A DNA stretch of 64,000 bases from an uncultured Candidatus Binatia bacterium (lineage in GTDB: Bacteria > Desulfobacterota > Binatia > UBA9968 > CAXXLF01), in assembly GCA_965218425.1 (NCBI GenBank), contig OZ244621.1, forward strand, positions 3,040,001 to 3,104,000, in the 5' to 3' direction. The position numbers were made by a program, and so were the translations under genes. Shown piece after piece: positions 1 to 9,563 of the stretch (position 1 is the first letter of the stretch; every line of letters starts with the position of its first letter). The notes under the pieces are model-generated. The model saw nothing but the letters and a program-made list of their open reading frames with translations, did not search any database and was not told the DNA's origin.

Positions 1-69
1 ATCCTTTCTTAGCTGTGTGTGAATTGTATATCATTCGCCCATTGTAGAGTCAAGGCTGTGACGTTATGC

Positions 70-1029
70 CTAGGCGGTGGCCCGTTTTGCGCTCCTGGGA
101 CGGTACTTCTCGCAAAGGCCCTTCCAATGTTCCACACGCGTTTGGATACTTTTCAGCACGTTCTCCGGCACGTTGATAAAGGGTGGGCGTAACGAACCCG
201 GGTTACAGTAACCCGCCTGCTGAATAGCGATCTTGGCCGCCGTTTCGCGCCAGCTCAGATTGGGTGGCCCGCCCATACCAGAGGTGAGGCCAAGGATAAT
301 CTCCCTGGCCGTTGCTACATCGTTCTCATTAATCGCATCCCGGAGACGTAACACGGGCCAAGGTCCCATCCAGGCATCAATGGACCAGCAACCGGCCGCC
401 CCAAGTGAGGCGAAGGGATGATACTGCGCCTGGTTTACGAAGACGCTCATTTTGCCATTGACAACCTCCATGAGCCTCATAAATTCCGGTGTGGTTCGGT
501 GACTGTCCTTCATGGCCACGACGTTGGGACTCTGGGTTATTCTTTTAAGGGCGTCTACGGGTAAAGTTACATTGTGCAGCGTAGGATTGTGGTAGACCAT
601 AATAGCCAGATCCGGGAACATCTCAGCGATGTCATGGTAGAATTGCACCGCATTATCCACGGTGGAAGGAAAATAGAAGGGAACACCTACCAGCACGCCG
701 GTTCCCCCGGCTTCCCGAATGAACTTCATCTTTTGGACGGTTTCCCGGCTATTCAGGCTGGTACAGCCTATGAAGAGCGGTACCCGGCCGTTCACCGCTT
801 CCACCGTGGCACGGGTTATGGTTTCAAACTCTTCCCATAAAAGCGTGTGAAATTCGCCAAAGCTTCCTGTGGTAGTGATAACGTCACCGCCGTCGGAGAT
901 CATCCGGTCGACACCCGCTTTTAAATTGTCCACATCAATGGTGGACGTGGAATGAATGTCATTGGCGTCTGGGGTGGCGAAGGCAGGCATCATTGCCATT
1001 ACTCCGTGGAGATCCTTCGCGGTTAGCAT
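70..1029 (-). CDS. DHDPS/NAL-family hydratase-aldolase, NahE/PhdJ-like (benzylidenepyruvate hydratase-aldolase subgroup)
   Basis: 319 aa; N-terminus LTAKDLHGVMAMMPAFATPDA, GSFGE motif, GRVPLFIGCTSLNSRE, VYHNP and Schiff-base KDS resemble the NahE subgroup; GGAGG RBS upstream. Confidence 0.8.
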   Translation of the reverse strand: MLTAKDLHGVMAMMPAFATPDANDIHSTSTIDVDNLKAGVDRMISDGGDVITTTGSFGEFHTLLWEEFETITRATVEAVNGRVPLFIGCTSLNSRETVQKMKFIREAGGTGVLVGVPFYFPSTVDNAVQFYHDIAEMFPDLAIMVYHNPTLHNVTLPVDALKRITQSPNVVAMKDSHRTTPEFMRLMEVVNGKMSVFVNQAQYHPFASLGAAGCWSIDAWMGPWPVLRLRDAINENDVATAREIILGLTSGMGGPPNLSWRETAAKIAIQQAGYCNPGSLRPPFINVPENVLKSIQTRVEHWKGLCEKYRPRSAKRATA

Positions 1030-1582
1030 ATGTTTCCTCCCCTTCTTCTGTTTGGTGGGTTGTTCAAAAACAATTTGACATTACCTGCCTATCTTATCAA
1101 TAATGGCCTCTAAGAACAAGCCTGTCGGTGTTGGATGTCCTCCTAGCCCTGGGCGCTCCGGAAAGTTTCTTTGCTCCACAAGACTCCAGTAGCGATCCTA
1201 TGGAGGCTTGCTCAGTGCTCCTCGGGGAACGAGTCTTCAGGCCGTGGGCAATAGGCCTGTAAATATCTGAAGCTGCACGTTCGATGCCCACGCCCTTCAC
1301 CTTCATTCCTCTCGTCGAACCTGAAGCAGCCCATGCGTTCCCAGTGTGGGCGGACCCCCTGCGCCTGCAATGTTTAGCTCAGTCCCCTGCCAGGACCAGG
1401 GTTTGTAGCGGTCTGAATCACTCTTTGTCTCAAAAACTTGAAAGGGCATTGTGCAAGTTGACAGCCTCCACCATTTCGCATACAAGATCGGAAGCAACTG
1501 AAACAAATTCTTGGGCTTGCGGTTCTAATGCTCGCTGCGAGTCTACTAACATAATAGGCTCTAGTTAATTAAGGAGGCAAGT

Positions 1583-3040
1583 ATGGGGTCCGTTGGATAC
1601 AACGATCTGCGGGAATTTATCGATGCGGCGAAGGAGATTAGTGATTTCCGACAGGTGGACGGGGCAGATTGGAACACTGAGATCGGTACCCTCATCGAGG
1701 CGACGACAGAATTGATCCCACAACCTCCCATGCTCATGTTCGATAACATCAAAGGCTACCCTAAGGGATACAGGGTGTTGAGCCTCCCTTTTGCCGCGTA
1801 TAAACGGGTGGCCCTTGCTTTGGGGCTCCCAACGGACAGGAGCAAGCTTGAAATTCTACGGTTGGCCACTCGCAAATTCAAATCGGCGACTCCCATTCCA
1901 CCCAAAGAGGTGTCCACCTCGCCTCTCATGGAGAACGTTTCCAAGGGAGACGAAGTGGATTTGTTAAAGTTCCCAGCCTTGCATTATCACGAACATGATG
2001 GAGGACGCTATCTTGGGACCGGCGATTGCCTCATTAATGCCGACCTAGAGGGGAACTTCATCAACATGGGCACCTATCGGATGCAACTCCACGATAAAAA
2101 TCTACTGGGATTGTGGATGAGTCCCGGGCAGCATGGGAGGCTCATCTGCATGAAGTATTGGGAACAGGGCAAAGCCTGTCCCGTGGTAGCCGCCTTCAGC
2201 GTGCATCCACTTGCATTCATGGTCTCCCATTCCAAGGTTCCCTGGGGCCATTCGGAATTGGAACTTGTGGGGGGGCTTATGGGCAAACCGTTTGAAGTCA
2301 TTCGTGGGCCCATTACCGGTCTTCCCATACCAGCCAGTGCAGAGATTGCCATTGAAGGGGAAGTTCCTCCACCCAATAAGGAAGCTCGCGATGAGGGTCC
2401 ATACGGCGAATGGCCGGGATATTACTCCGGTGGGACCATAGGGACGGGTGAAGCTCAACCGGTTATCAAGGTTAAGGCACTGTACCACAGAAACAATCCC
2501 ATCCTTGAAGACGAGGCCCCGCAATGGACAATGGCCATGAAGATGGACATAAGCATATCCTCAGGGGTCTTGTGGGATCAGCTGGAGAGCGCAGGGATCC
2601 AGGACGTGGTAGGGGTGTATAGCCATAGTCCTTACCTGGTAGTTGTTTCCATTAAGCAACGGTACGCAGGGCATGCGAGACAGGCAGGATTGGCTGCTCT
2701 GAGCTGCTCGGCTGCGGCCCGTAACGGAAGATACGTTGTGGTGGTGGACGAAGATATCGATCCTACAAACATTAAGGATGTGCAGTGGGCCATGATGACC
2801 CGCGTGGATCCTAAAACCAACATTGATATTATAGATCAGTGTTGGAGTACTCCTCTGGATCCGCGCATGCCTCCGGACAGGCGAGATTCCGGTGATCACA
2901 CCAATAGCAGGGCCGTTTTTTACGCAGTCAGGCCGTTTGAATGGCGCGATAAGTTTCCCAAGGTTAGCCGGAGCCGGCGGGATCTGCGCGAACAGGTCAT
3001 AAAGAAGTTTCAGGGAATCATCCCTTTCCCCGGAGTGTAA
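1583..3040 (+). CDS. UbiD-family (prFMN-dependent) decarboxylase
   Basis: YNDLREFI start, GTYRMQ, EGPYGEWPGY, VVVVDEDIDP, WAMMTRVDP, STPLDP; AAGGAGG RBS. Confidence 0.92.
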   Translation: MGSVGYNDLREFIDAAKEISDFRQVDGADWNTEIGTLIEATTELIPQPPMLMFDNIKGYPKGYRVLSLPFAAYKRVALALGLPTDRSKLEILRLATRKFKSATPIPPKEVSTSPLMENVSKGDEVDLLKFPALHYHEHDGGRYLGTGDCLINADLEGNFINMGTYRMQLHDKNLLGLWMSPGQHGRLICMKYWEQGKACPVVAAFSVHPLAFMVSHSKVPWGHSELELVGGLMGKPFEVIRGPITGLPIPASAEIAIEGEVPPPNKEARDEGPYGEWPGYYSGGTIGTGEAQPVIKVKALYHRNNPILEDEAPQWTMAMKMDISISSGVLWDQLESAGIQDVVGVYSHSPYLVVVSIKQRYAGHARQAGLAALSCSAAARNGRYVVVVDEDIDPTNIKDVQWAMMTRVDPKTNIDIIDQCWSTPLDPRMPPDRRDSGDHTNSRAVFYAVRPFEWRDKFPKVSRSRRDLREQVIKKFQGIIPFPGV

Positions 3041-3119
3041 ATCGGAAAGCGTGATATACTATTGCGGATTAGATTAAAACGAGTTCTTTCGGCGCAATAA
3101 CTCCAAGGGGGCAAAAGCT

Positions 3120-4424
3120 ATGATGACTCAAGAAGAGAACGAACTGTTAACTCGAGTGGGTCCCGGCACACCGGCTGGCGAGATGCTCAGACGTTATTGG
3201 CAACCGGTGGCATTGGCCGAGGAGCTGCCACCGGGGGGAGCCCCAAAGGCGGTTAGGTTCTTCGGCGAGGACCTGGTGCTCTTTCGAGACGATCAGGGAA
3301 AAATCGGTCTCCTGGACATTCACTGCTGCCACCGTGGCGCAGATCTCAGCTATGGGCGGGTGGAAGACGGAGGACTCCGCTGTATTTATCATGGTTGGCT
3401 CTATGATGTGAAGGGAAACTGTTTAGACCAGCCTGGCGAGGCCGAAGGGGGCAAGAACCGTGAAGCCATTCGGCACAAAGCCTATCCCTGCCAGGAGAAG
3501 GCGGGGTTGATCTTCGGATACTTTGGTCCTGGCGAGCCGCCCCTGCTGCCGGCATACGAGATATTTGAGATTCCAGAGGAGTACCGATTCGCCCACAAAG
3601 TCTACTCCGAATGTAACTATTTACAGGGGAACGAGGGTAATATTGACCCGCGTCACCTTTCCTTCCTGCATCGTTTTTTCGACGAGAATCTAGTGGTTGA
3701 GTCGAGAGAGTCCCGGTACAGGACGGTGGGCAGGAGCAATAGCTCACCCAATCAGCTCTGCGGTGAGAATCTGGCTCCGCCCATTGAACTCGAACTGGAA
3801 GATTTCGGCGTGCGTATCCATACCTGGCGCCCGGTGGGGGAAAACGCCTACCTCAGGGTTTCCAATTTTGTGATGCCAAACCTCTGTACCGTTCCCGGAG
3901 AGACCCAAGGAGCGGGATACCTTGTTAACTGGCACGTGCCCATCGACGACGAACATCATTGGAAATTTATGATCGTTTTCAGTCGTGAGGAACCTCTGAA
4001 CAAGGAAGTGTTTCACAGTCGCTATACTACGGGGATGCTTCCTGGATACCAATCAGCGCGCAATGCCTCTAATCGCTATCTCCAGGATCGAAATGAGTTG
4101 AAAACCCGGTCCTATACGGGGATGGGATCGTCCTTTCCAGTGCACGATCTCTATGCCACGGAGAGTCAGGGGGCCATTCAGGATCGGACCAAGGAACACC
4201 TGGTCACTTCAGACAAAGCCATTGTTGCGGCGCGTAAACAGCTCTTGAAAGCGATTAAAGATGTTCAAGAAGGCCGCGATCCGATGCATGTGATCCGCAA
4301 TTCTGAACAGAACCGCTTCCCGCATATGCTTGTCATATCGGAAGTTGTTCCCACCTCGACTGATATGAAAAACTATGTGCAGGAGGTGGAATCGGGAGCG
4401 CAGGAAAAGTCGAGCGTCGTGTAG
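3120..4424 (+). CDS. Rieske oxygenase, phthalate 4,5-dioxygenase/LigXa-like oxygenase subunit
   Basis: MTQEENELLTRVGPGTPAGEMLRRYW start; CCHRG...CIYHGW Rieske motif; EGNIDPRHLSFLH; ESQGAIQDRTKEHL. Confidence 0.9.
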   Translation: MMTQEENELLTRVGPGTPAGEMLRRYWQPVALAEELPPGGAPKAVRFFGEDLVLFRDDQGKIGLLDIHCCHRGADLSYGRVEDGGLRCIYHGWLYDVKGNCLDQPGEAEGGKNREAIRHKAYPCQEKAGLIFGYFGPGEPPLLPAYEIFEIPEEYRFAHKVYSECNYLQGNEGNIDPRHLSFLHRFFDENLVVESRESRYRTVGRSNSSPNQLCGENLAPPIELELEDFGVRIHTWRPVGENAYLRVSNFVMPNLCTVPGETQGAGYLVNWHVPIDDEHHWKFMIVFSREEPLNKEVFHSRYTTGMLPGYQSARNASNRYLQDRNELKTRSYTGMGSSFPVHDLYATESQGAIQDRTKEHLVTSDKAIVAARKQLLKAIKDVQEGRDPMHVIRNSEQNRFPHMLVISEVVPTSTDMKNYVQEVESGAQEKSSVV

Positions 4425-4449
4425 TTTGTGCTCATTCTAAGGGGGTGTT

Positions 4450-5637
4450 ATGGCTCGAGTGTTGAGAATGGGAATGGCGGGCCTTGGAGTCGCCAGCACT
4501 CAAATCCTTCCCTCTGTGGCGAGGCTTTCACATATAAAAATCGCCGCAGCGGTGGATGTTCGAAAAGAAGCCATGGGAAAGTTTCGTGAAGAATACGGGG
4601 GAAAGACCTTCGATACCGTTGAGGAGATGTGCAAGAGCGACACCATCGACTTTATTTATATAGCCACCCCCAATGAGCTACATGCCGAGCATGTGATCAC
4701 GGCCGCAAAGCACGGCAAACATGCCATTGTGGAAAAGCCCATGGCGCTGTCCATTGAACAAAGTGAGGCCATGAACGACGCGGCGGAAAAATACGGGACT
4801 AAACTGCTGTGCGGACACACCCACAGCTTCGATCCCCCCGTCAGGAAGATACGGGAAATCGTCAAAAATGGCGAGCTGGGTAGGCTCTGCATGATCAACA
4901 CCTGGAATTACAACGAGTTCATGTACCGCCCGAGGATGAAGCATGAGCTGGCCACGAGCCGGGGAGTGGTGTTAAACCAGGGGCCCCATCAGGTGGATGT
5001 GGTCCGATTGATTGGCGGAGGAATGGTCAGGAGTGTCAGAGCCACCACTGGCATCTGGGACCCATCCCGTGTCCACGAGGGAAGTTATGTAGTCTATTTA
5101 GAATTTGAAAACGGAGTACCTGCCACTCTGGTCTATAGCGGTTACGGTTTCTTTGACACGGCTGAGCTCCACTGGTGGGTGGGGGAAGGGGGCCAGCCAA
5201 GGAAGCCAGATCATAATCTCAATGTGCGACGCAGGCTCCGTGCAATCAGTGACCCCGAAAAGGAGGAATCACTTAAGGAGCAAATGCGCTACGGGGGGCA
5301 ACGTGAGGGAGAGTACAGTCACAGGTCTCAGGGTGAGAGGAAACAACCCTTCTTTGGCTTCACTGTAGTGACTTGTGAAAAGGGCGACATCCGGCAGTCT
5401 CAGGACGGGTTGATTATTTATGGAGATGAAGAAAAGCGCGAGGTGCCCCTTGAGGCGCGTCGAATCGGACGGGAAGCCGAGATGGACGAGCTTTACAATG
5501 CGGTGGTGAACAAACGGCCGGTCTTTCACGATGGTCGCTGGGGTGAGGCAACCCTCGAGGTTTGCATTGCGATATTGGAATCTGCCAAGCAACGGAAGGA
5601 ATTATCTCTTTCCCATCAGGTACCGAGCCCCGAATGA
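4450..5637 (+). CDS. Gfo/Idh/MocA oxidoreductase, phthalate 4,5-cis-dihydrodiol dehydrogenase-like
   Basis: GMAGLG, ATPNELH, VEKPMA, GHTHSFD, FMYRPR, NQGPHQVD, HDGRWGEATLEVC; directly follows the Rieske oxygenase. Confidence 0.85.
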   Translation: MARVLRMGMAGLGVASTQILPSVARLSHIKIAAAVDVRKEAMGKFREEYGGKTFDTVEEMCKSDTIDFIYIATPNELHAEHVITAAKHGKHAIVEKPMALSIEQSEAMNDAAEKYGTKLLCGHTHSFDPPVRKIREIVKNGELGRLCMINTWNYNEFMYRPRMKHELATSRGVVLNQGPHQVDVVRLIGGGMVRSVRATTGIWDPSRVHEGSYVVYLEFENGVPATLVYSGYGFFDTAELHWWVGEGGQPRKPDHNLNVRRRLRAISDPEKEESLKEQMRYGGQREGEYSHRSQGERKQPFFGFTVVTCEKGDIRQSQDGLIIYGDEEKREVPLEARRIGREAEMDELYNAVVNKRPVFHDGRWGEATLEVCIAILESAKQRKELSLSHQVPSPE

Positions 5638-5693
5638 GCATTGGAGCTGTGTGATAGCGTGGTGCAATTCTAGCGGAGAAAAGGCGGTATAAG

Positions 5694-6860
5694 ATGTTTA
5701 GTCAATTAAGATCGAAGCCGAGCAATTGGTCCGTTGTGCTTTCTTCTTTCGTTATTTTGTTGGCTTGGGGTTCGCTGACAAACGCCAAGGCTCAATCGGC
5801 CAGGCAATCGGAGTGGGAAAAGACCCTGGAGGCTGCCCATCGGGAGGGACGGGTGGTTTTAAACGTGGCCAGGAGGTATGATCGGATTTTTCGTCATTTT
5901 CAAAAGAAATATCCGAAGATCAAAGTAATCACCATCGGCGGACGCGGGAGTCAGATTGCGGAGCGCGTGATGGCAGAGCGACGGGCCGGAAAGTACCTCT
6001 CGGATATTTATCTCAGCGGTTCGGGAACGCCCTATAGGATTTTTTATCGGCGAAGGGTCCTGGCCTCGGTTAAATCAACTCTAATATTACCCGAAGTCCT
6101 GGATCAGTCGAAGTGGTGGGGAGGCAAGCATTTTTATCATGATGATGACAGTGAATATATCCTTGCCTTTAATGGGATCCCCCAGTCCTACTTCGCCTAC
6201 AACACAAATGTAGTCAACCCGAAGGAAATCAAATCATACTGGGATTTTCTCGATCCAAAATGGAAAGGAAAGATCGTTAGCCTGGACCCCACCATGGGAG
6301 GAGCCGTTAGTGGCGTGCTAACGTTTATCTATCGGAACCCCAAGCTTGGCCTTGACTATCTAAGACGGTTTTTAAGTGAAACGGATCTCACGCCTACCCG
6401 TAGCGGGATTCAGTTGGTGAACTGGTTGGCGGTAGGTAAATACCCGATTTCCGCTTTGGCTCCGCCCGACAGAGTAGGCATCTACGATGCTCAGAAGCAG
6501 GGCCTGCCGGTGAACATTTTTGATTCCCGGAATTTTAAGGAAGGAATTCCCTTGAGTACCAGTAGCGGCAATGTGGCATTGTTCAAAAATGCCCCCAACC
6601 CTAACGCAGCGAAAGTGGCCATTAACTGGCTCCTTTCCCGAGAGGGGCAGAAAGTCTATCAAAAGGTCAATCTGGACAAGAACTCATTGCGCATTGACAT
6701 TCCGAAGGACGATGTACTGTCGCACGTGCAGCGGGAAAAAGGAGTTGAATACCAGATCCTTGCAGGACCAGGGTTAAAAGAATTGGGACCGGTGCTGGAG
6801 GTCATAAGAGAGGTTTGGAAAAAGAAAAGGCCCGGGAGGAAGGGCAAGAAAAAGTCATAA
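5694..6860 (+). CDS. ABC transporter substrate-binding protein (AfuA/FbpA-like cluster)
   Basis: Signal peptide; WEKTLEAAHREG; AYNTNVV; DFLDPKWKGKI; APNPNAAKVAINWLLSREGQ. Confidence 0.85.
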   Translation: MFSQLRSKPSNWSVVLSSFVILLAWGSLTNAKAQSARQSEWEKTLEAAHREGRVVLNVARRYDRIFRHFQKKYPKIKVITIGGRGSQIAERVMAERRAGKYLSDIYLSGSGTPYRIFYRRRVLASVKSTLILPEVLDQSKWWGGKHFYHDDDSEYILAFNGIPQSYFAYNTNVVNPKEIKSYWDFLDPKWKGKIVSLDPTMGGAVSGVLTFIYRNPKLGLDYLRRFLSETDLTPTRSGIQLVNWLAVGKYPISALAPPDRVGIYDAQKQGLPVNIFDSRNFKEGIPLSTSSGNVALFKNAPNPNAAKVAINWLLSREGQKVYQKVNLDKNSLRIDIPKDDVLSHVQREKGVEYQILAGPGLKELGPVLEVIREVWKKKRPGRKGKKKS

Positions 6861-6902
6861 TTAGGTTATTCCCGGTAAATCGCCGAGAAGGTTATTGTTC
6901 TC

Positions 6903-7868
6903 ATGGCTCCTGCTCCGGTTATGGTCATTGGCGGGTCCGGTTTTCTCGGCTCCCACGTTTGCCTCGAGCTGGCTGAGAAAAGTATCGACGTCATCTCCTT
7001 TGACGTTCAAGCCCCTGATTTCGAGGTGCCTAAATCGACCCCTGGTTCCATAAGGTCCGTTGTGGGGGATATTTTGGACCCGAAATCGTTGTCCGATTGT
7101 GTTCGTGACCTTGGCGTCGGCGCAATCATTCATACTGTGGCCTTCGGTAACGAGGCTGCCGCAAGACAGAGTCCCCATCCTGCGATTACACTGAATGTTC
7201 AAGGCACCTTGAACGTTTTGGAGGCGGCTAGGAAAAACGAGATCCAAAGGCTTGTTTATATCAGTACCGCCGGGGTCTACGGCAAACAAAGCGAAGAAGC
7301 TCCCATCAAGGAAGACCAGGCCATCACCTGGCGGGGAACCATCTATCATCCGAGCCATTACATGGGCGAAATCCTGGTGGAGATGTTTCACCAGGTCTAC
7401 GGTGTGCAGGGGGTTATTCTCCGTCCCCTGTCACTCTACGGGCCCGCCCTCTCATCGAACAAGGACAAACACCTAAGGACAAAATCTCTGTTCCTGGGAG
7501 GGTGGATTAAGCAGGCCCTTAAGGGAGAGGTCACGGAGATCCATCATGCGGACACTCTCACTGATCTTACCTACGTAAAGGACTTGGCCACCGCGGTATT
7601 GTTGGCCTATGCCACGCCAAAATTAAAGCAATGGGTGTTTAACATTAGCTCGGGGGTTCTGGTGTCCTATAGAGACATTGCCCTAGCCATTCAGAACAAT
7701 CTACCCAGTGCGGAATTTGAGTTTCACCCGGGAACACAGGACAACCCCCTAAGGCCCAACCGAGGCCCGTTGGATATTTCCAGGGCCAAAGAGGAGTTTC
7801 AGTTCGTGCCGCAGTATGATCTACAGCACGGGATGCATAAATTTATTGCTTGGTGTATGGCTGGTTAA
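6903..7868 (+). CDS. NAD-dependent epimerase/dehydratase (extended SDR)
   Basis: GGSGFLG, NVQGTLNVLEAA, LRPLSLYGP, DLTYVKD; the YxxxK position reads YHPSH. Confidence 0.85.
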   Translation: MAPAPVMVIGGSGFLGSHVCLELAEKSIDVISFDVQAPDFEVPKSTPGSIRSVVGDILDPKSLSDCVRDLGVGAIIHTVAFGNEAAARQSPHPAITLNVQGTLNVLEAARKNEIQRLVYISTAGVYGKQSEEAPIKEDQAITWRGTIYHPSHYMGEILVEMFHQVYGVQGVILRPLSLYGPALSSNKDKHLRTKSLFLGGWIKQALKGEVTEIHHADTLTDLTYVKDLATAVLLAYATPKLKQWVFNISSGVLVSYRDIALAIQNNLPSAEFEFHPGTQDNPLRPNRGPLDISRAKEEFQFVPQYDLQHGMHKFIAWCMAG

Positions 7869-7900
7869 GCGAAGGCTGGAAGCATTTTTGGAGGAAAGGG

Positions 7901-8626
7901 ATGGACGTCGTCATGTCGGAATCAAATGTAGGAACCTTTAATGAATATGAGAAATGGTGGGATCAGGAAGCGAAACCGCTATATGAGAAGTGGATGGCGC
8001 TGCCATTTTTTACTGACCTACGGGCTGGAAAACTCACGGAAGAACGACTCAAGACATGGCTGGGTAACTGGTACGGCCATGTGCAGGAAGGCGATATGCA
8101 TCGGGCTCTCCTGTGGTCCAGGCACCATTACATTCTCGGGCGGTTCCCCGAAATGGAGGAAATTGTTACCGAGAGAGCTGGAAAATCCCTCAACTATCCT
8201 TACCCGGGCGGGCAGGTGCGTGGCCTTCTCAAATTGAGCGACGCTTTGGGAGTGAGCCACCAGCAGTTACTTCAGTCCCGTACAGGCCCATTCACGGTTC
8301 ACCTCACCAGTTTTCTGAAATCCTTGTATCTGGAAGGAACCTTGGCAGAATCTGCCTCTCAACTCATTGGGGAAGAGTATCTTTTGCAATTTTGCGAACT
8401 ATTCCAGGAGGCCCTTGGCAAACCCCCTTTTAAACTCAAGGGCGATGCGTTGGACTATTTTAAATTTTGGAAAAGATGCTTGCTGATGGACCATGGCAGT
8501 CCAGGAAGGTTCCTTCTCAAGTCTCTTTTTGATAAAGGGCTGGTGGAGGAGCGACCCAACGCGGGTATCAGGCATGTGGGAAAGAGGTACGCCGAATATT
8601 TGATCCGAGTGTATCAAAGTCTTTAA
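7901..8626 (+). CDS. Heme-oxygenase-like (TenA/PqqC/CADD superfamily) protein lacking most metal ligands
   Basis: LPFFTDLRAGKL; aligns by eye with the downstream paralog (YPYPGGQ vs DPRPGGH; DHGSPGRFLLKSLFDKGLV vs EHGPEGELLLARLYKLGLV); start set at ATG 7901 after GGAGG. Confidence 0.7.
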   Translation: MDVVMSESNVGTFNEYEKWWDQEAKPLYEKWMALPFFTDLRAGKLTEERLKTWLGNWYGHVQEGDMHRALLWSRHHYILGRFPEMEEIVTERAGKSLNYPYPGGQVRGLLKLSDALGVSHQQLLQSRTGPFTVHLTSFLKSLYLEGTLAESASQLIGEEYLLQFCELFQEALGKPPFKLKGDALDYFKFWKRCLLMDHGSPGRFLLKSLFDKGLVEERPNAGIRHVGKRYAEYLIRVYQSL

Positions 8627-8668
8627 TAACAGGCTTTTGCTATAAATTTTCTCTAAAGGGGACAACCT

Positions 8669-9436
8669 ATGGCCGGTGAGCTAGTGCAATTTCCTACCTT
8701 CCAGTCTTTTAAATCCTGGTTTGACGAAAAGACGAAGACTCATCCTTTTAAAACAGGGAAGGAGCGGGGGCGTTTTTATGATGATTTCGCCCAGGGAAAA
8801 GTCCCCAGGGATTTTTTGAAGGAGTATGCCAAGCAATACTATATCTTTATACAGCTAACCAATACCAACGTGACTTGGACCATTGTGAACTACCTGGATC
8901 TGTGGCGTAAAAACCCTGATCTCTACGATATCGTGGCTTCGAAGATCGGATCCGAGCTGGCTGACCCCAGACCAGGCGGCCATGGTCGTACCTATATAAA
9001 ATTCGCACGCTACCTGGGTCTGAAGGACGAAGACCTCCATTACTCAAAGCCCATCCCGGAGCTGGAGGCCCGTTTCAACACTGCCCTCGTTTACCGGTCG
9101 CAGAGTCCTGCGCTGACCGCAGTCAGGTGGATGTTGGAAGGATTTGTCGGATACAGCATGAAGTTTTGGCGTGACGTCCTGCATGAAAAATACGACATTC
9201 CCGATGAGCTGCTGGAGTATTGGGATATTCACGTAGTGGCAGATCTAGAGGAGCATGGACCAGAGGGCGAACTGCTACTTGCCAGGCTGTATAAACTCGG
9301 CCTGGTTAGGGAAGACGATTACGATGGAATGAAGGTGCAGGTGGATAGGGCTGTGGAAGGGGCGCGTCCAGGAAGCAAGACTCTCCCGTGGCCCGACGCC
9401 CTCTACGCCAGTTACTGTGAGCGCCACCCGCAATGA
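8669..9436 (+). CDS. Heme-oxygenase-like putative diiron oxidase (PqqC/CADD-like), paralog 1
   Basis: HPF, FAQGK, EYAKQYY, ELADPRPGGH, MLEG, YWDIHVVADLEEH: an E/H/E/H/D/H ligand pattern like CADD. Confidence 0.8.
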   Translation: MAGELVQFPTFQSFKSWFDEKTKTHPFKTGKERGRFYDDFAQGKVPRDFLKEYAKQYYIFIQLTNTNVTWTIVNYLDLWRKNPDLYDIVASKIGSELADPRPGGHGRTYIKFARYLGLKDEDLHYSKPIPELEARFNTALVYRSQSPALTAVRWMLEGFVGYSMKFWRDVLHEKYDIPDELLEYWDIHVVADLEEHGPEGELLLARLYKLGLVREDDYDGMKVQVDRAVEGARPGSKTLPWPDALYASYCERHPQ

Positions 9437-9563
9437 GCAATGCGGGCAGTCAGAACAGAAGGCACCGTTCAAAAAAGGGAGTTTGTCTTCACCTGAGTTC
9501 TGATTGCGATGGTATTACCGGCGGAAACCGAATAGTCAATCAGATTTCCCGAAGAAAGGGGCA

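Noticed and set aside
8669..9436. pqqC or tenA call for the HO-like proteins
   Set aside because: No pqq or thiamine-salvage genes nearby, and the ligand pattern is the metal-binding CADD type
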